Origin: Octopus bimaculoides
Taxonomy: Eukaryota
NCBI RefSeq assembly: GCF_001194135.2
Contig: NC_068989.1
Coordinates: 38,431,766-38,495,765 of the forward strand
DNA length: 64,000 nucleotides
Direction of reading: 5' to 3'
Below are positions 36,979 through 49,777 of the stretch, piece after piece. The notes below the pieces were generated by a model. The model had not been told where the DNA came from. It made no database searches and worked only from the letters and a program-made list of their open reading frames with translations. A program made the position numbers and the translations under genes. How positions within the stretch are numbered: the stretch's first letter is position 1; the number at the start of each line of letters is the position of its first letter.

Positions 36979-37597
36979 AGAGAAATGTTCCAAATTACTT
37001 GGAGATTTTCTTGTTGAAAAATCAACCAGCCATATTGTACTCATATTACCATAAGCTATCAACAACTAGATTTTTTTTTTTCATCTTAGCTATAGAACAC
37101 ATATATATAGAATTTGCATTTATTTTGACCCTTTGCAACTGGAATGAATCTCACTTTTTATCAAATTTAATCAAATTTCTGATGTTGGACTCAAACTTTG
37201 TAATCTTAAACTCTGAAAAAAAATTACTTTTCTGACCCTTTTCTTTCATGGCTTCAGCTTGATTACCGTCAACTTCATTGATTTGAAGGCATTTGCTTGT
37301 AATCTCCTCTTGATTTCGCTCCTTCATGATTATAATTAAGGAATCCTCATTGCTGAATTTTCCATCTTTTGAAAGTTGCTCTCACATAATTTCCATACCA
37401 AATGATATTCTCATAAAATCACTAAACCTTTCTATAATCTCAGAATTAAATTATTGAGTCAAATTCAATAATTAATTAAGGAGTCAACATCTAAATGCAG
37501 AGCTGGTTCACTGAAGAGCAAATTTCACTGAGAGCCAACAAAATGGATAGAGCTTTTAATAAGTAACCTTGGAAAATATTGCATAAGTATTCTGTAT

Positions 37598-37664
<67 letters not shown>

Positions 37665-37949
37665 GAATAAAATTCTGTTCCACATATTCATGATGATTTG
37701 TAAGAATCTTTTGAAAGCTGAACAAATTTTATAGAATTCAAGAACATCCAAGATTCATGAATTGGTTGGTTTTACATATATTCGCTTGAGATTTTTACTA
37801 CACAATCAAGTATCTCTATATTTTTAGGGTGTATGTAAAATCATAATCTACTGACCCAAAAGACAACAGTTCAGGTAGTTTAGCCTGGAGATTTTTGTAC
37901 CAGGCATTGCCAAATGCTTTGTTAATTTCAAATGTAACACAACATTGTT

Positions 37950-40700
37950 AATGCTTAACATCTCAAAAGCAAGGGAACATTAATGGGCGGTATAGAGAAC
38001 AACTTTCCAAGTAGATCAGACTATGGAATACATACTTGTAGTTACTGTGAGGGAAGAAGAACCAAGAGTGTTGGAAGTGGTTGTTGACAGCTATACACAT
38101 CCCCTTTCGGATATTAAATGGGAGCAGTATAGGTCAGTAGTTAGCAGTATTGGAAAGGTTGCTCTTCTTGGGGGATGGCATATATTTTAAAGATTAGGAT
38201 AGCTTCTTGTAAAGAGAACAAGGTCGATAGTTTAGGCAGGTATAAAGGATAATTCTAGGTATATATTTTGATACCAAATATATAATAAAGGTAACATTGT
38301 CAAGGCTGATAACTTTGTTGATTTGAAGTAAACTGTTGTGTTTTCACATTTGGTTTATATGTAAAATGTTGGAGAAAATTAGTGGATTGATAAAGGAAAA
38401 TGTTACTGAGTGTTGTTGGGTAATGAGCAGTATGAAACTGGATATTAATTTGACACCAAATATAGAAGCATACTGATTGTGGAGCTATCAGAGTTGATGT
38501 GTATTAGTTGGGTTGAAAATTCCAAAACATCAGTAAAAATGGGCTTGGCAAGGAACCAAAAATACATAGTTGTGAGTGAAAGCCATTCTATTTGTATGGA
38601 TGTGGGCTTTTCTCTAGATGTAGAGCTTTTGTAGTACTTTTACCTATAAGAAATATGGAGGTTTTTGAAGTGTGAGATTCTGTAATGTGTGGGATGTAAC
38701 AAGGCATACATAAAAGGATGGTTTCAGTCATTTTGGAAGATTCAACAGTAGAGCCTATTTGCTGGCACAATTAGCATAAAGATATGGGAGCTCCATCTAG
38801 TGAGATGACATGAAGAACCATTGGTTGAGTAATGTAATGTTGATTACACCACTGATAGGTTATGGTTGGTCGTGATTAGGACATAGTTTGAAGGTTTGAT
38901 AAGTGCAGGAATGGTGAATTCATAGCAATAAACTGGTGTGCAGTTTTGGCAATGCTATCTGGGTTGTTTTTATATATCGTCAAAGCATTATCCTAACTGT
39001 AGAATCAGAACTCAATTGTCAGTCTCAGTTGAGCTTTGTAGTGAATCAACAAGTGTTGGGAGCTGAATTATTTTGAGACTTTGAACTTTGAAGAAGATAA
39101 TGTTTAGGATTATATATATATATATATACACAATTAAACCTTGGGAGAGGCATTATGCCGGTAATAAACACACGCACTGGTTCAGTCCTTTATTAATTTA
39201 TGTAGTTTTTTGTTAAATTATTTCATTGCACTCTTGCAATCTCTTCAGTAACTTGCTATGAATTCACCATTCCTGCACTTATCAAACCTTCAAACTATGT
39301 CCTAATCACGACCAACCATAACCTATCAGTGGTGTAATCAACATTACATTACTCTACCAATGGTNNNNNNNNNNNNNNNNNNNNNNNNNNNNNNNNNNNN
39401 NNNNNNNNNNNNNNNNNNNNNNNNNNNNNNNNNNNNNNNNNNNNNNNNNNNNNNNNNNNNNNNNNNNNNNNNNNNNNNNNNNNNNNNNNNNNNNNNNNNT
39501 CCAAAATGACTGAAACCATCCTTTTATGTATGCCTTGTTACATCCCACACATTACAGAATCTCACACTTCAAAAACCTCCATATTTCTTATAGGTAAAAG
39601 TACTACAAAATGGAAGTGGAGAGACAAGTTACTGAAGAGATTGCAAGAGTGCAATGAAATAATTTAGCAAAAAACTATATAAATTAATAAAGGACTGAAC
39701 CAGTGCGTGTGTTTATTACCGGCATAATGCCTCTCCCAAGGTTTAATTGTATTTCTTTCAACACACGTATCCACATCAAGAATCTTGCACACGAAATACA
39801 CATACGAAATATATATATATATATATAGTGATTGCATCTTTTGAGGTACCTGTTTATGAAGACAGGGCAACTTTGGTATGAGGTGTCTAGGCTGATTCAT
39901 GTGTGAAAAGTTAGTGAGGAGAGAAGTATAATGTTGCCTATGCGGGTGTGAGTTTTGTTGGAAGAGATTGAGAGCAGTTTGTTATTATACACATAGTAGT
40001 GTGTTGTGGAGGCACAATCAAATATCGATAGTGTAAGTCAGGGAGAACTGCATTAGCATATACTGCAATATATGAGAAAGTTTTTGGTCCAAGAATGAGA
40101 GACAGATGGAACTCTGTCTAAGCATGCAAATTAGGAAAAAGATTTTGGTAACAGACATAACCAAATGCTTTTGCTGATGTCAAGCACAATAACGCTATTT
40201 AGTTAGATAAAGGATGTGGGGTGAGATTCTTAAGAAGATGACTTTAGTAACTCGTTCAGCTGTTTTTTTTATAGGAGCAGTGAAGTACATGTGTTAACAA
40301 AAATAATTAGTACATAGCATATGAATGCTTGGTGAGTAGCTGTGATTAGACAGTGGACAAGGGATACAATAGTTATAAAGGTGGGGATGGATTAGGATTG
40401 AGATTAGAAAGAGATCAGGGGTGTGGAGGGATCAGAAATATGTGTAGAGAGGTTATAACTGTACTAAGCTGAGACTAATGAAAGATTAAACTTCTATACC
40501 AATGCTGTTGGTATGGGATGAGTGTGAGAGCTAGAAGGTGTCATGACTACTAAAGTTGCCTATGATGATGACTTCTAAGAGGAATGAAGTAGGGTAGATA
40601 TCCTTGATGCAAGTTAAGAGATAGTCAGACAATCGTTGGTGGGTGGAGCTATTAATAGTGCAGTTGAGGTATCCAATATATTTAGAGGAGTAAGGAAAGA
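37950..40700 (-). mobile_element. Highly decayed CR1/L2-group LINE (APE plus RT remnants)
   Basis: EVIIIGNFSSH (GDFN-like, about 40560), LDISKAF (about 40190), AIPKKSN...NY*PI (about 38150). Confidence 0.6.
39365..39499. other. Assembly gap (135 N) with chimeric-looking flanks
   Basis: N run; flanks are near-identical inverted copies of nearby sequence. Confidence 0.95.
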
Positions 40701-41866
40701 AGATATTGAACTATCTATTTTTTCCTTAAAAGTCATAACAATGGAAGTGAAATATAATGACTATATTTTGGTATGAAATCCCTAGCTTGGACTTGATTTT
40801 CTAGATTACTTTCTACTTTTGGCAATTATCCTCCCTCCTCAAAACAAATTCTCCAACTCTACTCTTTCTTAATAACTCACAAATTTCTAATATCTAACTA
40901 AATATGTTGCTTTATAACTATAAAATGATCAACTAAAAATAAAATATAATAAATGAGAAAGATATTAAAATTTACTAAAGAGTGGAACTTGAAAATATCA
41001 ATAATATCATAGAACTGGCAGAGTCTGATGTGAGTCATTGGAAAATTGCCTTGAAATAACACCAACTTGCTCGTTTGTGGTTGTGTTGAGCATGGCTGCA
41101 GTTCTTCTATAAAAAGAATATATATTATATCAATGATTGGTTGGAATTGTAAAAGTAAAATATATAGACAAATGGATGTACTAATTGTCATGATATATTG
41201 CCATATTATTAAAGTTTCATATTTTTAGTCACAACTGATGATTTATGTTTTTCTTTTTTTAAGAATTTATTGGAAAGTTTTGAATGGTAGTGGTGGAGAT
41301 AGCTGGATATATTTAGCTAGTTATTTGATTTTAAACTGCACAAATATATATATATATGTCCTAACACATGTTATAGGATGAAAATTGGGTTACTCCAGTT
41401 CCATGATTGTTGTTAATTACCAGCCAAGTAATTTTAGTATTGTTTTTGTTCATTTGCTATAATTTTTAGACTTGGTTAATAATTACTCAAAGGGAGTGTT
41501 GTTGTTGCTGTTATATGTTATCAGTTGCAGTTTCATTGGGACAAGGCTTAGTGTTTTGACATTTTCCATTGCTTGGTTCTATAACAATGAGAGCAGTAAA
41601 GGAAATTTACAGTATCGAATATTAACCCAGCCAAGAACCTCATGTGAGTCACACCCAACTATTGATACTCATCAGCAAGTCTGAAATTTTACATTATTTT
41701 AATGTGGCATGACAATGTGTGTGTGTATGTGTGTGTGCGTGTGTGCCTGCATGTGCGTGTGTGTGTGTGCTTTTATTTTTATAAATTCTTTCACTTATTG
41801 AGAATGAGCTAGTTTTTAACGCATAAGAAACCCTGTTTTATTGGGAGGTACATGTCAGTTATAGCC

Positions 41867-41903
<37 letters not shown>

Positions 41904-42110
41904 TGTGTGCAACCATGCATGTAATTTTATGTGTTCTGATTTATGTGGAATGTTTTACAAATTTTCACAGTTCCGTTTATAGTTTATTATTGTAGTTCCT
42001 TAATTAGCCATACCATTTTTGATTTTATGAAGCTCAGCATTTCAAAACTGATAAAGGCAATTAGTTGCATAATGAAGTGCCCAAATAATTGCTGGTACAG
42101 ATTTATCACT

Positions 42111-42327
42111 TATGAGGGGTGCTGAAAAGTACCTGGCTTTGGATAAAAGAAAATACAGGAGAATCAGTTAATCATGATTTTATTCAACATATTCCTCTCT
42201 CAGATTCACACACTTATTGCAGTGGTCCTTCAGTTTTTCTATTCCCTGCAAAAGAACTTGGAAGGCTGGGCTTCCAACCAGGCATTTTGTGATACCCTTT
42301 AAGCAGAAACTTTTTGGCACCCTCTTA
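42111..42327. mobile_element. Mariner-type MITE or internally deleted element
   Basis: TA-TGAGGGGTGCTGAAAAGTACCTGGCTT at the left and AAGCAGAAACTTTTTGGCACCCTCT-TA at the right form an imperfect TIR pair. Confidence 0.7.
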
Positions 42328-43270
42328 TATACTCAGCATTATATTAATATCGACAGAACAACTCATTTTTCCTACTGTGTACATTTCCTTTTTACTAACC
42401 CATAGCATTGTGTCAGGTCCGTTAATTCACATTTGAAAGGAGTTTTGGTAGGAACATTCCAAACTTATTCTTTCATATTATGACTGAGAGTGTCATCATC
42501 AACATCATTTAGACTTCTGTTCTTCTGATGTTTACTCCTACATTGTATTGTTCAGTGTTTTAAGCTACAACATCATACCTCATAGGTCAGCAGTATTGCA
42601 GTCACATTCTCAGACAGCTACCAAGGACGTTGGTTATGTCTTACATGTCAATTTCACAAAAATTGTATCAGTTGCCTCATTTCCATGCATTACCTGGATT
42701 CTTGTACTTTTTATGCATCGACTGTTTATTGCTGTTTCTAGTTACTGGATTGCAAGCACATGAAATACACTTGCATTATGGGAATGAAAATTAATATAAC
42801 AGAAACAGATATTGGTCCAAAATAGTCTGCTTTGGTTATCCACTGTACTGTCGCTTTGAGGTTCTCTGATATGTTCAGTTGAAAGGTAAAATGCTTTTCA
42901 GATGATGTTCAATTGAGGTAGAGCTGTTTGACCTCCTTAGTTGTATATTTCAGATCATCACAATTGTCATGGAATAACCAATACTGTTACAATTTTTTTT
43001 TGTATTCTTCCATATTATATATAAGGGTAAGATCCAAAGATCCAAGTGTAAGAAGTTTGTAAGCTCCAAGCAGTCAGTGACAAGTATAGAAAACAAAAAG
43101 TGAACTATGTGTGTTCAGGAACAATAACAATTTATTGGCAACAAAAGTTACAGACTTTTTCCCATATTGAAGATAGGAGGAAATTTGATAAGCTGAAAAT
43201 TTCTGTATAGCTCATAGTTAGCAACTAGAGTTATTATGAACGTGAATAAAAATCCAAGTTGATGGAGTGG

Positions 43271-43499
43271 AACAAGTAAAATCCAGGCTACATATGTTCC
43301 CTAGCTTGCAGATCCTCTCATGTAATAATTACTCAACAAAAGAGTACTCAGCTTGCTACTCAACAAGGCTGAGGGTACATTAATTATATGAAGGTATCCT
43401 CAACCTGATGAGCAGCTAACAGAGTACCCTTCATTGAGTAATAAATATATCAGAGGATCTGGTGGGTAGGAAACATATGTAGCCTGGATTTTACCTGTT
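43271..43499. mobile_element. Nested foldback element (23-bp perfect inverted repeat plus inner hairpins)
   Basis: GTAAAATCCAGGCTACATATGTT (43276-43298) and AACATATGTAGCCTGGATTTTAC (43472-43494); inner cagatcctct/agaggatctg, ttactcaa/ttgagtaa and ctcagcttg/caaggctgag. Confidence 0.75.
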
Positions 43500-44761
43500 A
43501 TATTCCCTCAGTTTGGATACATATATAAATATATCTATATATCTATATATATATATAAAATATTCCTTGAATACTATATGGACTGAGATCCCCATCAAAA
43601 AATTATAGATATATCATTGTAGTTATTCAGTTATGTTCTAATTTCGTTGGTACTTTGGCAGAGTGGTTAGCATAGCTATTAAGTTTACAACAGGCACAAC
43701 ATTGGAATACCACAGCCAGTATTACAAGTTTTCTCTTCCTTCTAACATAGACATTAATAAACTTTCATATTTTTGATCACAACTGATGTTTTCTTTCTCT
43801 TTTAATTATTTGAATTCTTTCCAGAAGTTGGTTTCTAACAAATAAAACTTGAATTTGAGTATCTAAAATTATAAGCATTTTATGTTGAACTTTAGAAACC
43901 ATTTGCATATTTTTTTTACTGTTTTACTAAGTATAAGTGGATGTATGTAATGCATGGATATGAGTTTGTGGGAGCTTGTATATCTATTTGTGTAAATGTA
44001 GTCTTGTGTGTGTATGTCATTGTGTGAATGCATGTTTATGTGTATGAATGGACGTGCATGAGTTTTTGAGACATTATGTTTGTATGTGCATGTGTGCTTA
44101 TGTACATATGTGTGTCTGTATGTATGTACTTGCATGTGTGTGTGTGTTTGTCATTGTGAATTTGTGTGAAATTGAATATGTATGTGTGTGTTGAACTGAA
44201 AATTGTTTAACCAGTTCAATCTTATTACATGACATTTTTGGTATCTTTTACCATATTTTCAGGTTCATCCAAGCCTTGTGATAGAAATTCTGTTAAAACC
44301 CATCAGAGGATTGTCTGTGAAATACTCAGTCATTTACATAGTAATTTAATAAGTAGGTTGTCCAGGTGATTGAACACTTCGATGTTCATCATTGAAACAT
44401 GAGAGAGTCTATTATAATTGACATTCATGTGCATACGTGTACATATGTATATGTATGTGTGTATTAGCATCTTCGTTATTGCCTCAATATGTGTATGAAT
44501 ATCTGTATATGTGAACATTTGTGTGGGATTGTAGGTACATTGTGTGTGTGTGTGTGTCCAACATTTATACTAGGCAGTTTTCTTTCATTTTACTGTTCTT
44601 CTCATTGTATATTGTATATCATATCTTTTAGTATTATTTCTCTTTGAGACATACATGATTATTATTTGTTTACTAAGTTCTAAAGTATTTATATATATTT
44701 ATATTAAACATTAATTTATAAAATATTAAGAATCATGTTTCTCCTTTTGTTGTTGTTGTTT

Positions 44762-45435
44762 AAGGTGATAAGCTGACTGAATCATTAGCATGCTGGGTGA
44801 AATGCTTAGTGGTATTTCATCTGTCTTCGTGTTCTGAGTTCAAATTCTGCCTTGATCGACTTTGCCTTTCATCGTTTTAGGATCAAAACCTTAAGTATCA
44901 GTCGAATACTGGTGTTAATGTAATTGACTTACCTCTTCCCAAAAATTGCTGGCCATATGCCAAAAGTTAAGATCATTATTATTGTTACTGTTGCTTTTCT
45001 TATGAAAGAGTACCCCAGTTATGAGTTATGGTTGAAAGCCTTACCTTATTTAGTTATGTTCCCCCAGGAGTTCATTTTTCCCAGTATGGAAAACATAAAT
45101 ACAAAAAAAAAAGTTCTTCCGTTTTTTTGCTGGCTCCATTCATTACTTATACTTTCTGTATATAAGAAGTTTGTTTCATATTTCATCATTTTCATAACAA
45201 ATAAAAAGGCAAAGTGGTGGGATAACTCAGTCAGACACATACTGCTCTAATGTTCAAATGTACAGTTTTCACACTACTTGTATATGGCTGTGTGATTGAA
45301 ATTTGCTTCCTAGTCACTTGGTTCTGGGCTCAGTCTCACTGTGTGGCATCTTGGACATGTGACTTCTACTATTTCCTCAGGTTGTCCAAAGCATTGGGAG
45401 TGGATTTGGTAGATAGAAACTGAAAGAAGGGTGTC

Positions 45436-45476
<41 letters not shown>

Positions 45477-46970
45477 GCACATATATATATATATATATGA
45501 ATGTGTGTGTGTGTGTGTGCTTGTTCCATACCTCCACTTGCAATTGGTGTTGGTTTGTTTATGCTCCTTTAACTTAATAGTTTAGGAAAAGAAACTGACA
45601 GAATAAGTACCAGGCTTTACAAAAAGTAAGTACTGGGGTTGATTTGTTTGACTAAAATTCTTCAAGGTGGTAACCTGTATGGTAGCAGTCTAATGACTGA
45701 AACAAGCAGAATATAAAAGATGAAAGATACATTTATATCATCATCATCATCATTTAATGTCCATTGTCCATGCTGGCATGGGTTGATCATTTGACCAGAG
45801 GTAGCAAGCTGTGGAGCTCTGATTTGGCATGGTTTCTATAGCTGGATGCCTTTTCTGATACCAACCACTTTACAGAGTGTGCTGAGTGCTTTTATGTGAC
45901 ACTGCGCGGGTGATTTTATGTTGTGCTACATGGGCAGGGTATCTAGCCATAGAAATCAGACTGGAGTCTGGTGTAGCCTTCCAGCTTACCAGCTCCTGTC
46001 AAGCCTTCCAACCCATGCCAGTATGGACAACAGACGTTAAATGGTGATGATGATGATGACTGGCACTTTTATGTGGTGCTGCACAGTTGCTTTTACATGG
46101 CACTGCATGAGCGTTTTTTATGTGCTACAGGTCCAGGTCTCTTGCAGATCAATCCTCACCACCAGGGAGACTGAGCTTGGGAGGAGGGCTAATCTTGAAG
46201 GCCAGGAGAAACAGACAGGCTGTAATTTAGCTCTCATTCTCAACTGGCCTACAGAAGGCTGTTATGGTTGAAGGTCAAAATAGCCTATGAATGTTGGTCA
46301 CTCTCCAATTAATTCAACTTCCCTTGGTTACAACTTCATTCACCAAAGAAGAAAGCACCTGCTTATAAAAGTTATCATTCTTGTATATATGACAGACCAC
46401 CACACAATTTTCCTCTACCAATTTTCATTCATAAAGCATAAGTTAACCTAAGGTTATGACAAAAGATACTTTCCCAAAATGTCAATACAATCGGCTCAAA
46501 CCTTGACCCACATGACAGCAAAAGAATCTTCTTAACCAGACAGCTATGCTTATACTCATCTTTTACCCACTTCAGTTATTAGACTGTGGTCATGCTGGAG
46601 AACCACCTTGAAGAACTTTTTAGTTGAATGAATCAACCCCAGAACTTTTCTTTTTTTAAAATCCTGGTACTCATTCTATCAGTCTCTTTTTGTCAAATTG
46701 GTAAATTATGAGGATGTAAACACACCAACACCAGTTGTCAAATGGTGGTGGGGTTCAAACATTGAGACACAGACACAAACACACACATAGCTATATACAG
46801 ATATATATATCCCAGGCTTCTTTCAGTTTCCATCTACCAAATCCACTCACAAGGCTTTAGTTGGCTTGAAGTTGCAGTAAAAGACACTTATTCAAGGTGC
46901 CATGCAGTGGGGATGAACCTGGAACCATGTGGCTGTGAAGTAAGCTTCTTACCATACAGCCAAACCTGCA
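44762..46970. mobile_element. SINE cluster: Nin/Deu-like (+, 44762-44970), CORE-like (+, 45280-45435; -, 46560-46970) and a facing pair of RTE-tailed repeats (45728-46075)
   Basis: Same diagnostic strings as the other family copies in the window. Confidence 0.65.
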
Positions 46971-47639
46971 CTTATGTTTATTCAGTCAACCAACCACAAT
47001 CCTTCCTATCATTTTGCTGTTGTACTGTTGTAAGACATTCTTACTCTTTCTCATGAAGTTATTAAATCTCACATTTAGAGAATAGGTATCATTAGTTAAA
47101 TAGAAACTACTGCTTGACTAATACTTATTTAACTGACCCTTAAGGACTGGATGGGCAAATCATACTTGGCAGTATTTCATAAACCCATAAATGAGTGCCA
47201 TACAGCATACATAAGCTTCTTCTAGACTTACTCTATCTCTTTTTTTAACCTTTTTTTTTTACCATCCTTTGCTATATTCCACTGTCTACTCACCTGATTG
47301 ACTGTCTTACCAGCATTCTTTGCTGGCTGAGTGCACTTTGTTTTCTTCCTCTTTCATGTCCACTCCGTCAATCTACAACTTATCTATATATTTATTTATT
47401 CCACTTCTCTTTATAACACCTTCTTCATCTCACTTCTACCTTTCGCAGAACAGCTGTTGTCCTTTCATCCTTCAAAATACTCTTCTGTGATTTAGACACC
47501 TGAAAGAAGGTTGTTAATTTCACTTGATTGTTTATTTTAAGGTCTTGTGTGCATGTATTTTGTGCATATTTATTTACATATGTATGTCGGTATGTATATT
47601 TGTGAATGTAAGACCATGTGAGACCATCTGCCAACTCTT

Positions 47640-48066
47640 CCCTTCATCCATTACTCCATTTCTACAGCATGACAGAAACTAATGAACAAAAAGCAGTCAC
47701 TAGGCTCTCTCTCTCTTTATCATGGCACTCTGTTGGTTACGACGATGAGAGTTCCAGTTGATCTGATCAACAGAACAGCCTGCTTGTGAAATTAATGTGC
47801 ATGTGGCTGAGCACTTCACAGACACATATGCCCTTAAAGTAGTTCTTGGGGAGAAACAGCGTGACACAGTGTGACAAGGTTGGCTCTTTGAAATACAGGC
47901 ACAACAGAAACAAGAAGTAAGACTGAGAGAAAGTTGTGGTGAAAGAATACAGCAGAGTTTGCCACTGCCCCCTGTCAGAGCCTCGTGGAGCTTTAGGTGT
48001 TTTCGCTCAACAAACACTCACAGTGCCTGGTCTGGGAATCGACATCGTGATCCTACAACCACAAGT
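47640..48066 (-). mobile_element. tRNA-derived SINE, less decayed relative of 19400-19712
   Basis: gttccagttgatctgatcaacagaacagcc...gtgtgacaagg; head ends at the gap with ggaatcgac...gatcctacaacc. Confidence 0.65.
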
Positions 48067-48872
48067 NNNNNNNNNNNNNNNNNNNNNNNNNNNNNNNNNN
48101 NNNNNNNNNNNNNNNNNNNNNNNNNNNNNNNNNNNNNNNNNNNNNNNNNNNNNNNNNNNNNNNNNNNNNNNNNNNNNNNNNNNNNNNNNNNNNNNNNNNN
48201 NNNNNNNNNNNNNNNNNNNNNNNNNNNNNNNNNNNNNNNNNNNNNNNNNNNNNNNNNNNNNNNNNNNNNNNNNNNNNNNNNNNNNNNNNNNNNNNNNNNN
48301 NNNNNNNNNNNNNNNNNNNNNNNNNNNNNNNNNNNNNNNNNNNNNNNNNNNNNNNNNNNNNNNNNNNNNNNNNNNNNNNNNNNNNNNNNNNNNNNNNNNN
48401 NNNNNNNNNNNNNNNNNNNNNNNNNNNNNNNNNNNNNNNNNNNNNNNNNNNNNNNNNNNNNNNNNNNNNNNNNNNNNNNNNNNNNNNNNNNNNNNNNNNN
48501 NNNNNNNNNNNNNNNNNNNNNNNNNNNNNNNNNNNNNNNNNNNNNNNNNNNNNNNNNNNNNNNNNNNNNNNNNNNNNNNNNNNNNNNNNNNNNNNNNNNN
48601 NNNNNNNNNNNNNNNNNNNNNNNNNNNNNNNNNNNNNNNNNNNNNNNNNNNNNNNNNNNNNNNNNNNNNNNNNNNNNNNNNNNNNNNNNNNNNNNNNNNN
48701 NNNNNNNNNNNNNNNNNNNNNNNNNNNNNNNNNNNNNNNNNNNNNNNNNNNNNNNNNNNNNNNNNNNNNNNNNNNNNNNNNNNNNNNNNNNNNNNNNNNN
48801 NNNNNNNNNNNNNNNNNNNNNNNNNNNNNNNNNNNNNNNNNNNNNNNNNNNNNNNNNNNNNNNNNNNNNNNN
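48067..48872. other. Assembly gap (806 N)
   Basis: N run. Confidence 1.
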
Positions 48873-48874
48873 AG

Positions 48875-49580
48875 AAGAGGGAAAATGAAAATAATGTTTT
48901 TTACAAAAATATAAAAAATATATAAAAAAATAAATATACCTGTACATTATATTGTCTTTGAATTTTTAAAGTTCAATGGTAATCCATGTAGATAATTGTT
49001 AGATAGATTAGGATGCATAGAATTAAGAATCATGTTGTGTTTAAAAAAGGCTGAGAGTTTGTGTCAAAACAGGAAGTGTGTGTAAGGGAAGACAATTCTG
49101 TGGTTGACTCTTTGTCAACAGGAAGTTTATGTCTGTTCTTAAAGAAACAAGAAATAAATTTATATGTATTTCAATGGGTAGGCGAGAGAAAGGAATATGG
49201 TCACCAAGGAGTTTGTATGTTAAGAAGCGCTTGGAATTTCTCTATAAAAAAGATTCTTTCTTGTGTAGAGATTCTGTCTTTACATTCCTGTTGACAAAGA
49301 GTCCATAACTCTAACTAAAGAGTATAAAACCCACAGAATTGTCTTCCCTTACACACACTTCCTGTTTTGACACCACACTTCCTGTTTAACACATAAACTC
49401 TCAGCCTTTTTTAAACACAACATGATTCTTAATTCTATGCATCCTAATCTATCTAACAATTATCTACATGGATTATCATTGAACTTTAAAAACTTAAAGA
49501 CAATATAATGTACAGGTATATTCATTTTTTTATGTATTTTTAATATTTTTGTAAAAAACATTATTTTTATTTTCCCTCTT
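48875..49580. mobile_element. Large foldback element (arms about 250 and 295 bp)
   Basis: 48875-49124 is the reverse complement of 49285-49580, with substitutions and two insertions in the right arm. Confidence 0.8.
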
Positions 49581-49744
49581 GAAAATTTGCCATGCAATGA
49601 ATGCTGGTGAGAAATCCTTTTAATCCTCCTTATACACAACTATATTAAAATATGCTTTCAGTTTAGCATTCTGCCTTATTATTATTATTTTTTATTTTCC
49701 TATCATTTCTCCACGTGCGGTTAACACAACTCCATCATTTACTG

Positions 49745-49777
<33 letters not shown>

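Noticed and set aside
38627-39752. Near-identical inverted duplications around the 135-N gap (39131-39255 versus about 39625-39752; 39256-39364 versus about 38818-38925; 39500-39610 versus about 38627-38737)
   Set aside because: Read-length (~110-125 bp) mosaic pieces right at gap edges are typical of gap-filling or mate-pair chimeras, so probably not biological.
43405-43430. CTGATGAG inside the foldback as a possible hammerhead
   Set aside because: No stem II followed by GAAA.
47440-47499. 60-nt open exon-like unit on the minus strand (VSKSQKSILKDERTTAVLRK) with good splice sites
   Set aside because: The frame continues KVEVR*RR...KW, resembling a decayed RTE C-terminus (GKVEG.R.RGR..W), and no partner exons were found; unresolved but more likely repeat-derived.
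47936-48947. Long ORFs of 309-329 aa (and similar ones at 18.0, 55.5-56.3 and 59.2-60.0 kb)
   Set aside because: They are open only because of N runs; only the Dong RT part of 58739-59364 is real coding sequence.
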